Sequence record: LR756502.1
Length of the DNA stretch: 64,000 nt
Direction: 5' to 3' (one strand)
Positions 20,970 through 29,520 of the stretch are shown here, piece after piece. How positions within the stretch are numbered: position 1 is the stretch's first letter; every line of letters begins with the position of its first letter. Both the position numbers and the translations under genes were made by a program. The notes beneath the pieces are model-generated. The model was not told the DNA's origin, ran no database searches, and saw nothing but the letters and a program-made list of their open reading frames with translations.

Positions 20970-21029
20970 TTTGTAAAAAATGACTTTTAGAGTTTAATAT
21001 ATAAAGTACAAAAAATATTTTAATTATAG

Positions 21030-21584
21030 ATGAAGCATATTAGACAATTTGAAAGCTATCGTAATAGAAAACACAGAGAAGAGATTATTAGAGAATCAGT
21101 TCTTCAAGTTAATGATATCTACAAAGTAAAAGCAATGATTGACATTCCTAAGTCACTTATCAATTCTTATGTTAAGAAGGTAAAAGAAATAGGTGGTCAG
21201 GACTTAAGACAGTTTTTTGGTGATTATGATCTTGCTGAGGAAATTGTTAAGTATATAACATTAAACAACTTGGATGCTGATAAAATACCAGCTAATGCAT
21301 TGATGGGTGGTCCCGCTCAAGCACAAGCTCCACAAGCACAAACACAACAAGCTCCACAAGCACAAACACAACAAGCTCCAGAAGCACAAGCAGCACCGGC
21401 TCCAGAAGCACAAGCAGCACCAGCTCCAGAAGCACAAGCAGCAACAGCTCCAGAAGCACAAGCTCCACAAGTTCAGGTTCAAACTCAAACTGAAGGTGGT
21501 GAGAATGTAGGGGAATTTGAAGAGCCTAATGTTCAAACTGAAAAAGAGAAAGAAGAAGAAGGTGAAGAAGAACTTCCACTTTAG
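21030..21584 (+). CDS. Capsid-targeting-motif protein with Ala/Pro/Gln/Glu repeats
   Basis: MKHIRQFESY; APQAQTQQ and APEAQAAP repeats; acidic tail. Confidence 0.65.
   Translation: MKHIRQFESYRNRKHREEIIRESVLQVNDIYKVKAMIDIPKSLINSYVKKVKEIGGQDLRQFFGDYDLAEEIVKYITLNNLDADKIPANALMGGPAQAQAPQAQTQQAPQAQTQQAPEAQAAPAPEAQAAPAPEAQAATAPEAQAPQVQVQTQTEGGENVGEFEEPNVQTEKEKEEEGEEELPL
21316..21480 (+). repeat. Coding tandem repeats (GCTCCAcaagcacaa / GCTCCAgaagcacaa units)
   Basis: Direct repeats visible in DNA, in frame. Confidence 0.9.
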
Positions 21585-21604
21585 TCTAATCTAAATATAT
21601 TATT

Positions 21605-21631
21605 AAAACCCATCATATTGATGGGTTTTTT
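21605..21631 (+). terminator. Intrinsic terminator
   Basis: AAAACCCATCA-TAT-TGATGGGTTTTTT. Confidence 0.85.
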
Positions 21632-21649
21632 ATTTTTATATATACATAG

Positions 21650-22264
21650 ATGAAATACATTAAGACCTATGAGAACCATAATAATTCAACACTTATAATT
21701 GTTGATGTTCAGAAGTCATTTAGGAAATACTTCAATGAAATGTATCTTAATGAACTTAAGAAATACTGTAAAAACTTCCAAAATGTTTACCAAATTTGGG
21801 ATAATCATGTCGATGGTAAGAATGTTGATAAGGATTATCTATACCATAGTTCACCTGATATACCAGTACATGAGGATCTGTATGATTTTCCAAACCAAAA
21901 GGATATAATTGAGAAGAGATATAACTACGATGTTGATGTTGATTTCTATAAGAAGATATTAAGTAAGGAAACATATAAAGAAATAAAATCTAAAGAGAAA
22001 AAAAGTCTATTAAAGAAGGGTGATCTTTTTAGGACAAGTGAGGGTACCGCTATTGCTTATATAGGAAATAATCACCAATGGACACATGTTCCTAAGAAGC
22101 TACTCAGTCTTTTGGAGTCACTAAGGGGTATGAATGTTGTTATTGTTGGTGGTGCTGATGGTGAATGCTTAGAAGATATATTTGTGGTTGCTGAATCTAT
22201 TGGTGTTATTGTTAAGAGGGACTGGAAGTTCATTTATACCGCATCTCATTGTCCAATTCGATAA
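21650..22264 (+). CDS. Isochorismatase/cysteine hydrolase family protein
   Basis: TLIIVDVQKSF, IIEK, IVGGADGECL (D-K-C triad); N-terminus MKYIKTYEN. Confidence 0.75.
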   Translation: MKYIKTYENHNNSTLIIVDVQKSFRKYFNEMYLNELKKYCKNFQNVYQIWDNHVDGKNVDKDYLYHSSPDIPVHEDLYDFPNQKDIIEKRYNYDVDVDFYKKILSKETYKEIKSKEKKSLLKKGDLFRTSEGTAIAYIGNNHQWTHVPKKLLSLLESLRGMNVVIVGGADGECLEDIFVVAESIGVIVKRDWKFIYTASHCPIR

Positions 22265-22298
22265 CATTTCCATGAATTTTGCTTTTAATATATAAAAT

Positions 22299-22742
22299 AT
22301 GAGATATCTAAAAACATTTGAAAGTTTTGATTACGATACAATAGATGCTAATGAGGATGAGTATCTATATGTTCAAGAATCGCAGATTCCAAACTCCGGT
22401 AGTGGTTTATTTACAGCGATAGATATAGGTAAGGATGAGATAGTGTCAAAATTTATTGGTGAGGTTATATCAGAGGAAGAGTCACAAATAAGAGTTGATA
22501 ATGATGATGATCAATATTTTATGAGTCTCCCGTCAGGTGAAATGTTTGATTGTAAAAGAACAGATTGTTTCGCCAAATATGCAAATGATGCTGAAGGACT
22601 TCCCACAAAATTCAAAAATAATACATTTATAGGAATGGATGATGATGATAATGTTGTTTTAATAGCCAAGAGAGATATTAAAGCTGGTGATGAGATATTT
22701 ACTGGATATGGTAAAGAATATTGGGGTAAACACGGTATATAA
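22299..22742 (+). CDS. SET-domain methyltransferase
   Basis: GSGLFT, KYANDA, AKRDIKAGDEIFTGYG..YW; N-terminus MRYLKTFESF. Confidence 0.88.
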   Translation: MRYLKTFESFDYDTIDANEDEYLYVQESQIPNSGSGLFTAIDIGKDEIVSKFIGEVISEEESQIRVDNDDDQYFMSLPSGEMFDCKRTDCFAKYANDAEGLPTKFKNNTFIGMDDDDNVVLIAKRDIKAGDEIFTGYGKEYWGKHGI

Positions 22743-22752
22743 TTTTTGAAAA

Positions 22753-23847
22753 TTAAAGATTATCTATAAACTTATAAAGCTTTTTAACATATTCTCTTCT
22801 CTTATATTCTGGATTTGTCATAGTATATACAACAAATGAAAAGTAATTCATTTTCTCAATTAATAACTCCTTAGAGATATTACCTCCAACATACCTGAAC
22901 TCAACATAATTATTATCAAGTTTTGTAATATTAAATCCGAAGTTTTTGTGACCAAGCTCTTTAATCTTCCCTGTAAGAAAACTGTTTAATGTTTCTTCTG
23001 TTTCTTTTAGATTGTTTAAATCAATTGACCTCTTCAACTTTTCTATTACTTTACTATCTAGTGATTTTATTGCTGGTATTAAAGATCCACAGAAGTGACT
23101 ATTCATTCTCCATGTCATATCTTTGAATGTTAGAGGCGGTGCATCACCCTCGTTAAAATCATTTAACATAAGTAATCCCTTTATTGGGTTCCATTCAGCG
23201 TTATTATCATTTACTCCAATGTTTATATGTAGTCCAGTTTTTTCTGTAAATTTCCAATAGCTTTGCTTTTCTAAATCAGAATAAAAGTCGTTGATCATCT
23301 CTGTTCCCTCGGAAAGACCTACTAGATATGTTTTTGGCTTTATTTCTATACCTCTGTCCAATGTAACATCTTCAACTAAATCTATCTTTTTGGACCATTT
23401 CTTTATAAAGTTTGGTAGGTATTTTTTTGTTTGTTTTGTCATGTATAGTAGATCTGATTCAGCTATTTGACTCATTACGGCTGACTTAATAAACTTTACA
23501 ATTTCCCTTTCCCTATTACTTTCGTAATTATCTAGGTTGAATATTTTGACCATGTCTTCTTTTATAGTACCATCCTCATTCGCATCTACCAGTGATTGTA
23601 TAATGCTTTTAACTAGAGTTTTTTCAGATCTAGTCCTTATATCCATTTCGTGTTTTGTGCTACTTATTATATCATCAATATCATCTTCATCTTCCAGAAT
23701 ACTAAAGTCCATTTTAATGTTTGACTTATCATCCGTCTCTATCTCAAACTCAAATGATACTGTGAAATATTTATCCATGTTCTGGATAAATGATATATCC
23801 TTTGGATTTACTTCTTCAAAAAGAGAAAATTTAATAATGTGTTTCAT
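22753..23847 (-). CDS. Putative amidoligase (COOH-NH2 ligase type 2)
   Basis: SFEFEIE, GIEIKP, TGLHINIG, YVEFRYVGG; N-terminus MKHIIKFSLFEE. Confidence 0.75.
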   Translation of the reverse strand: MKHIIKFSLFEEVNPKDISFIQNMDKYFTVSFEFEIETDDKSNIKMDFSILEDEDDIDDIISSTKHEMDIRTRSEKTLVKSIIQSLVDANEDGTIKEDMVKIFNLDNYESNREREIVKFIKSAVMSQIAESDLLYMTKQTKKYLPNFIKKWSKKIDLVEDVTLDRGIEIKPKTYLVGLSEGTEMINDFYSDLEKQSYWKFTEKTGLHINIGVNDNNAEWNPIKGLLMLNDFNEGDAPPLTFKDMTWRMNSHFCGSLIPAIKSLDSKVIEKLKRSIDLNNLKETEETLNSFLTGKIKELGHKNFGFNITKLDNNYVEFRYVGGNISKELLIEKMNYFSFVVYTMTNPEYKRREYVKKLYKFIDNL

Positions 23848-23906
23848 GAATATTATATATTAAAAATTAATATATAATAAAATAATACAAAAATTTACCA
23901 GTGAAA

Positions 23907-24398
23907 ATGAAAGAAACTCGTATAATGAACTTTGGAACATTTGTTAATGAATCCTATGATTTTGAAGATTTTACAATGAATGATATGGAGTTTGTTAAAG
24001 AACTTTGGAATGATGGAATGACTGATACTGTTCAAATAGCAATTGAGTGTGATTTGGATAAACCAACAGTTGTGCAAATATTAGATACTCTTAAAAGACG
24101 AGGTGATATTAAAGATACTGATGGTGTATTGGAGTCTGAACAATTTGATGAACATGATGAGGAACATTCTGGGTGCGGTTGTCATATTTGTAACTGTGTT
24201 GGAGAATGTGAATGTGAATGTTGTTGTTCAGATGTTTCGGATATTAAGAGTTGTAAATGGTGTTATAAAGAATTTGAGCCAGAAAACAATTCTCAATGCT
24301 GTTGTAGTGAATGTGATTCAAAATATAATAACTATTTATCAAATGATAATTCAAAGACTCCTTGGAGTGATGATAAGTACAATTATCGAGAAAGATAA
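23907..24398 (+). CDS. Acidic protein with Cys-rich metal-binding C-terminal half
   Basis: CGCHICNCVGECECECCC...CKWC...CCCSEC; NFGTFVNE near N-terminus. Confidence 0.6.
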   Translation: MKETRIMNFGTFVNESYDFEDFTMNDMEFVKELWNDGMTDTVQIAIECDLDKPTVVQILDTLKRRGDIKDTDGVLESEQFDEHDEEHSGCGCHICNCVGECECECCCSDVSDIKSCKWCYKEFEPENNSQCCCSECDSKYNNYLSNDNSKTPWSDDKYNYRER

Positions 24399-24428
24399 AA
24401 AAAGAGTCAGATTATTCTGACTCTTTTT
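24399..24428. terminator. Bidirectional terminator
   Basis: AAAAAGAGTCAG-ATTATT-CTGACTCTTTTT between convergent genes. Confidence 0.8.
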
Positions 24429-24900
24429 CTTTTAATATATCATCAATTGCCTCATCTCTATGAATCTGTTTATAGTCAATAAACTCTCTAACCGTTTCTA
24501 AATCCGCAGAGACTGAGGAATTTTTTGAATTTATGACCCAATTTGATTCGTCCTTTAGACTAATTTGCCATAGATATATTGGGTTACCAAGATCCTCAAT
24601 TTGAACTCCATCTTTAATACAAAATTGGTTTTTCAATAAGTCATCTTTAACTGTAAAGTATCCTAATTTTGCATCATCATAAGATCTAACCCATATCTTC
24701 CATTTAGTAATCGATTGCTCAATGGTTTCACCATCTTTAAATATATATCCATGAATGACCGGATGTAGCCAGTCATTCAAAGAGGATATACTATCATCAG
24801 AATATACCTTAGCTTGTGTTGGATCCTGTGATTTACTCCAAAAGGTATCACACTTGAAGTGTTTTTTACCTCCCATCTCTACAAATAATAAAGCTCTCAT
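24412..24900 (-). CDS. Hypothetical protein with C-terminal RDxxIxxIL motif
   Basis: Ends HRDEAIDDILKEKESE. Confidence 0.6.
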   Translation of the reverse strand: MRALLFVEMGGKKHFKCDTFWSKSQDPTQAKVYSDDSISSLNDWLHPVIHGYIFKDGETIEQSITKWKIWVRSYDDAKLGYFTVKDDLLKNQFCIKDGVQIEDLGNPIYLWQISLKDESNWVINSKNSSVSADLETVREFIDYKQIHRDEAIDDILKEKESE

Positions 24901-24901
24901 C

Positions 24902-25306
24902 TTACATTCTGAATATTTTGGCTAAAATAGATTTCTTTTCCTCTGTGACTGGTATTCCAGAGACTATAGAGTTTGTGATTTTAGTAATTTCGGTTTTGTC
25001 TGTTTTTTCAGAAATCGCCTCTTTAATTGTAGATACTTTTTCCTTCATTGTTTTGAAATTTTTTGTGGATTTTAATTCTTTGTTCAAAAACAAAATATGC
25101 TTTATTACACATTTTGCGTTCCCCTCATACCAGCTGATATATTGGTCAATGTCATAGATTGTTGTCTTATCACCATTAAGAACGATGATATTATTGCCCT
25201 CTACAAATACTTTATAGAGTTCTCCATTTTTCTTTACGAATAAATGTTTTGATGTTTGTTCTAAGTAATTTAATACTTCTGTTTTGATTTGTTCTTTTGT
25301 TTTCAT
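24902..25306 (-). CDS. Hypothetical protein
   Basis: 134-aa ORF in the PTH2 operon. Confidence 0.6.
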   Translation of the reverse strand: MKTKEQIKTEVLNYLEQTSKHLFVKKNGELYKVFVEGNNIIVLNGDKTTIYDIDQYISWYEGNAKCVIKHILFLNKELKSTKNFKTMKEKVSTIKEAISEKTDKTEITKITNSIVSGIPVTEEKKSILAKIFRM

Positions 25307-25317
25307 AGTTTTTAGTT

Positions 25318-25782
25318 TTATTTTTTTAGTAATTGATTTATTTTTAATTCTCTTTTGTAACTTCTTTTGAATTCAAAATCGCGCCCTAGTAAATTTTCTA
25401 GGAAGTCCTTTATAAACTCTACATTTTTTAGTCTTATATCAAATATGTGATCTACTCCTTCCCATCTATCTTCTCTATCGGAAAATGAACATCTATCTAA
25501 AATATCATTATATTCAATAACTCCAGATTCTGTCCTGTATACACTATACTGAGCACGACCACTCTTATTTTCAAATATATAGTAGGATCCATCATCATAT
25601 ATTACATGGTAGTGTTTGTCTCTATTTGGTCCATCTGATATACTATACACTCCTTCAAATACATCACTTATCCAAATATCACATTGTTCATTATATGAGT
25701 ATTTTTGGTCTATTCTATCTTTGTCTGGTATCAATCCCTCTGATTTTAACCACTCGATTGATTTTTTATTAAATGGCCACAT
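25318..25782 (-). CDS. Hypothetical protein with C-terminal RELKINQLL motif
   Basis: Ends KRELKINQLLKK; start overlaps the PTH2 end. Confidence 0.6.
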   Translation of the reverse strand: MWPFNKKSIEWLKSEGLIPDKDRIDQKYSYNEQCDIWISDVFEGVYSISDGPNRDKHYHVIYDDGSYYIFENKSGRAQYSVYRTESGVIEYNDILDRCSFSDREDRWEGVDHIFDIRLKNVEFIKDFLENLLGRDFEFKRSYKRELKINQLLKK

Positions 25783-26125
25783 TTTCTTCTCTATTTTTTA
25801 ATAACAATGGTAGTTTACTTAACTTCTTCCTTATTGCATGTGATCCATACACACACATTGATGTATACTCATCAATATCTGGTTCAAAGAATAGAACTGA
25901 ATTTGTCTCATCCTTTAACTTATCATATAGCTTTAGTAATTCTTTTTGGTCTGGGGTTCTCAGGCAAATTATGGAATTTGTATCTTCTTTCCACATTTTA
26001 AATACTTCGGGGTGTTCATACGCGAAGTCAGCTACCGAATGGCAACTTTGGACAGCTTGGTATCCTGGTGAGATATCACTTCTGGTGATAACTATTAACT
26101 TTGTTTCTTCAATCTAATTTTTCAT
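25769..26125 (-). CDS. Peptidyl-tRNA hydrolase 2-like protein with in-frame TAG at codon 4
   Basis: ATG AAA AAT TAG ATT..., then KLIVITRSDISPGYQAVQSCHSVADF...FFEPD...TSM, in frame with ORF 25769..25996; the ORF track misses the N-terminal PTH2 motif. Confidence 0.75.
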
Positions 26126-26144
26126 AATTTTATGTTTTGTTTTT

Positions 26145-26212
26145 AAAATAAAAATCTCCTTAATATTATTCTCGCATCACCATGGCAGATGACAGAAAAT
26201 CCTATTAAGGAG
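26145..26212 (-). terminator. Attenuator-like terminator hairpin
   Basis: CTCCTTAATA/TATTAAGGAG 10-bp arms plus inner pairings (AUUUUC/GAGAAU, UCAUC/GGUGA), followed by AUUUUUAUUUU. Confidence 0.7.
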
Positions 26213-26273
26213 GCTTAACTACTAAATTTTTATATGTTTTAATCTAATTCATTTTCTTCTATTTTTTATTCAT
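26205..26273 (-). CDS. Leader peptide MNKK*KKMN*IKTYKNLVVKPP* (two in-frame TAG)
   Basis: Read directly; Pro-Pro-TAA lies in the hairpin 5' arm. Confidence 0.6.
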
Positions 26274-26275
26274 TA

Positions 26276-26315
26276 ATTATACTACAAATATATATAGAAA
26301 GTTTCAAACTACAAA
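26276..26315 (-). promoter_or_regulatory. Overlapping Bacteroidota-type and AAAC-type promoters for the PTH2 leader
   Basis: TTTG-N19-TATATTTG (26315..26285) and AAAC-N19-TATAAT (26304..26276). Confidence 0.65.
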
Positions 26316-26327
26316 AAATAATTTTAA

Positions 26328-26705
26328 TTATTTTATAATAGCGTATACTTCGTAGTCTGTTATTTGAAATTTTATCTCCATAACCTCTTGATAGTTCTCT
26401 GGGTCTGATGAAAATTCGGCCTTTAGTTGGAAATTCATATCAGATATCTCCGGGATATATTCAAATATCTGATTAAGTATATTTTTTTCAACCGCCTCTG
26501 ATGATACTCTAGTCTGAAATAGAAGTTTTGGTAAGTCTCCCCCGAAATTTGGGTCACCCAATACCTCACCTTTATTTGTGAATATTATCATTTCGTACTT
26601 TTGAATGATTACTCTAACTAAGTCATCCTCTATCATCTTTTTATCGACAAATCTAGGATGATTCTTATACCCAATGTAGAAATCTATGAAGTTAAAGCTT
26701 GCCAT
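26328..26705 (-). CDS. gp25: Baseplate wedge protein gp25-like
   Basis: IFTNKGEVLGDPNFGGDLPKLLF. Confidence 0.8.
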   Translation of the reverse strand: MASFNFIDFYIGYKNHPRFVDKKMIEDDLVRVIIQKYEMIIFTNKGEVLGDPNFGGDLPKLLFQTRVSSEAVEKNILNQIFEYIPEISDMNFQLKAEFSSDPENYQEVMEIKFQITDYEVYAIIK

Positions 26706-26796
26706 AATTAAAATATATATTAAATTTTGTTATGGCTGGTATTTAATATCTTAAATATAGTATATTCTACCAAATACAAATGCCTTATTGCTTTCT

Positions 26797-27231
26797 TCAA
26801 AACGAGGTTATTCTATATGCAACCTTGACGAGTTTAATACCACGATTCACACTACTGGATCCTATAAAACTTTGTGAGGTGGGAAAATTATAAAATGGTA
26901 CTCTTAAATTGTTTTTTTCTTCACCATCAAAAATAACACCAATATATTCAAAATTCATATTATCACTTTGTTTTATATAGGATATCAATCTATCAATTGC
27001 ATCAGATACATCAGAGTACTTAAATACCTTTAGATTATCTGATATAGGAATTAAATGAGGTGATATCTCACCATTGGCTATAAAAATACTTCTTGATAAT
27101 TTACCAGAAGCTCCCAATCTTATATAGAAACCATCATCTTCTAAATCTAAACAAATGTCATTTAAGTCATCGTTGATTGATGATTCAAAATCATCGGATT
27201 CAAATAAATTATATTTAATTAAGTGATTCAT
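26797..27231 (-). CDS. Hypothetical protein with capsid-targeting-like N-terminus
   Basis: MNHLIKYNLFES. Confidence 0.55.
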   Translation of the reverse strand: MNHLIKYNLFESDDFESSINDDLNDICLDLEDDGFYIRLGASGKLSRSIFIANGEISPHLIPISDNLKVFKYSDVSDAIDRLISYIKQSDNMNFEYIGVIFDGEEKNNLRVPFYNFPTSQSFIGSSSVNRGIKLVKVAYRITSF

Positions 27232-27275
27232 GATGTATATATTTTTATTTAATATTAAAATTTAATATATACCTT

Positions 27276-27608
27276 ATGAAAAATTTAAAAAGTTGGAAAC
27301 TATTCACCGAAAGCGTTGATACAGACATTGATATATTGGATCCTAAATTTACTGATGGTAATGCTGAAGAATTCTTAACACGACTTGGTGTGGAGGTTAC
27401 AAAATCGACGGGTGAGTATAAACCAGGTGTGCCTGAGGAATCTAATGTTGGTATTAGGCCATATCCAAATAATGTCTCCTATGGATTTAAATTGCAAAAA
27501 GACTGTGATAATTTTGAGGAGTATGTGAAGGGTAAGAACATTAAATATAAGACTTTTCCTTCAGAGGGTGCTAGATATCCATACCATATTATAGTTTATA
27601 AGAACTAA
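27276..27608 (+). CDS. Hypothetical protein with capsid-targeting-like N-terminus
   Basis: MKNLKSWKLFTE. Confidence 0.55.
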   Translation: MKNLKSWKLFTESVDTDIDILDPKFTDGNAEEFLTRLGVEVTKSTGEYKPGVPEESNVGIRPYPNNVSYGFKLQKDCDNFEEYVKGKNIKYKTFPSEGARYPYHIIVYKN

Positions 27609-28573
27609 TTAAGTATATCTCTAAACTTACCTATTATTGTCATTCCTAAAATTATAGGATCTGTATTGGTTTCTAGCTTAGATGTATAATCTGCAATTAT
27701 GTAATTCATTTCAAATAGCTTATTAATATCTTCTTTCTTCTCATTAATTAACCAATCATTAAAAGGTCTACCAAGTAGATTTATCATAACATCTATTTTA
27801 TCAGCACCAAACGATGACATTAGAAAGTGATATATTTTTTCATAATCAACAGATTTATCATATAATAGATTATATAGTTCAAGCTTTAGTTTATTGGATA
27901 CATTTGAAGTCTCTTGAATAACACCATCAGTGTTTATGTATATCTGAACACTTTGTAATATTCCTCTAAAATCTGGAAATTTCTTTGTTATAATTGAGAC
28001 TAAATGTTCTTTTGGGATGACAAACTTCTCAGTGGGTAGAATAACATTTGTTATTCTTTTGTATATTTCGGTCTTTAGGTATTTCTCTTCTTCCAAGTCC
28101 TGACAGTCAAAATTTATTTCTGTGAATCTAGACTTAATTCCTTGTGATATTTTATTTATATGGTTTGTCGTTAATATAAATCTGACATTTTTGTGATATT
28201 TTTCAATAAATGCCTTGAAAGCATCTTGATATTGTGGAGACACTCTTTCAAACTCATCCAGAAATACATATTTAATATCAGAGTCAGTCTCCATCATTGG
28301 AGTTGTTTTACAAAATGTTTCTATCTCTGATCTAAGTGTATCAATAGATGTGAATAAAGAACTGTTTAGTTCCAAGTATGCTTTATCTTTCGAGTATCGA
28401 CCAATTAATATTCTAGCAAGTGTTGTTTTACCAGTTCCGTAATGTCCATGTAGTATGTAGTTTGAGTTAACTCCATTTTCAAATTGCTTTCGGATTCTAG
28501 GCAGAAGTATTATATCGTCTGTTGTTTTTGGACGCCACTTCTCCCACAATAATAAATTTTTAATATCTGACAT
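27605..28573 (-). CDS. gp44: Clamp loader large subunit (RFC-like AAA+)
   Basis: WEKWRPKT, GHYGTGKTT, FLDEFE, FILTTN, IKSRF. Confidence 0.92.
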   Translation of the reverse strand: MSDIKNLLLWEKWRPKTTDDIILLPRIRKQFENGVNSNYILHGHYGTGKTTLARILIGRYSKDKAYLELNSSLFTSIDTLRSEIETFCKTTPMMETDSDIKYVFLDEFERVSPQYQDAFKAFIEKYHKNVRFILTTNHINKISQGIKSRFTEINFDCQDLEEEKYLKTEIYKRITNVILPTEKFVIPKEHLVSIITKKFPDFRGILQSVQIYINTDGVIQETSNVSNKLKLELYNLLYDKSVDYEKIYHFLMSSFGADKIDVMINLLGRPFNDWLINEKKEDINKLFEMNYIIADYTSKLETNTDPIILGMTIIGKFRDILN

Positions 28574-28590
28574 AGTTTCTAATTGTAGTA

Positions 28591-28618
28591 AATATATTCT
28601 GGTTGGAAGAGAAAGTTT
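28591..28618 (-). promoter_or_regulatory. AAAC-N18-TATA promoter (clamp loader)
   Basis: AAAC-N18-TATATT. Confidence 0.55.
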
Positions 28619-28637
28619 ATTTTTTATATATAATCTT

Positions 28638-29453
28638 ATGATAGGAGAAAGGTTTAATTTTGAAGACGTCTTTTTTAGAGATCTTACCGTTTGTGTTCTT
28701 GATACACTTGAAGGGCAGGTTAAGTGGTTAAATAGATTTTCTACAGGTGATGTACATGTACAAGTCCCATTTTACTACTCTCTTACTGGGGATGAAAGAT
28801 TTCTTTTAGATTCTTTTCAAGATGATATTGTTTCGCAAAATAGATTTGTTGAATTAAACACGGATCTTATTCCAAGAGGTCATTTAACAATGACTGGGTT
28901 TAATATAAAGTCTGATGAGTTTGCTAATCCAAATGTTTGGTTAAAAATGGTTATAGAAAACGATTTAGAGATAAGAAAAGTTTTGGGAAAAGTAAGAGCT
29001 GTTCCTATTTCTGTTAACTATGACTTAACTATTACTGTATCTAGTGAAATAGATGTTTTTAAGTGTAGTCAGTCGATAATGGATACTCTGTGGTTATATA
29101 GATATATGTATTTTGAACATAATTTTATGAACATTGATGCTATTATGATCATGCCTGATACTGAGCAAATAGAGCTACAAAGAGAAAAAAATATGTCAAG
29201 TGATAATAATATTAAATTAACTGCATCATTTGAAGTACATACTTATTATCCTGCACTTAGAAAAGATAAGATGGGAAATAATGGATTTGCTAATACTCAA
29301 TCTGGGGTAACTCCTTCTGATGGTGGCTTAGATCCGGCATACGCAATGGTTCCAAAGAGGACAAGATGGTTTAATAATATTTTAAAAACAAGAGAAACTT
29401 CCACACTGAGACCTAATAATCCAAACTCAGAAAATTCAAATAGCACAGAGTAA
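28638..29453 (+). CDS. gp15: Tail sheath stabilizer/terminator gp15-like
   Basis: VPFYYS...RFL, IPRGHL, VPISVNYDLTI. Confidence 0.6.
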   Translation: MIGERFNFEDVFFRDLTVCVLDTLEGQVKWLNRFSTGDVHVQVPFYYSLTGDERFLLDSFQDDIVSQNRFVELNTDLIPRGHLTMTGFNIKSDEFANPNVWLKMVIENDLEIRKVLGKVRAVPISVNYDLTITVSSEIDVFKCSQSIMDTLWLYRYMYFEHNFMNIDAIMIMPDTEQIELQREKNMSSDNNIKLTASFEVHTYYPALRKDKMGNNGFANTQSGVTPSDGGLDPAYAMVPKRTRWFNNILKTRETSTLRPNNPNSENSNSTE

Positions 29454-29520
29454 TGGAAATGACAAAAATTGACATTTTGGATATAATATATAATACATAT
29501 AAAAAATAACATTTTAAAGT

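Noticed and set aside
25769-26125. PTH2 as a simple pseudogene
   Set aside because: The only lesion is the TAG, and the same AAT-TAG-ATT context recurs in the leader, which favours a programmed feature; not formally excluded
26156-26161. AAGGAG as a Shine-Dalgarno for PTH2
   Set aside because: About 30 nt from the ATG and part of the terminator stem
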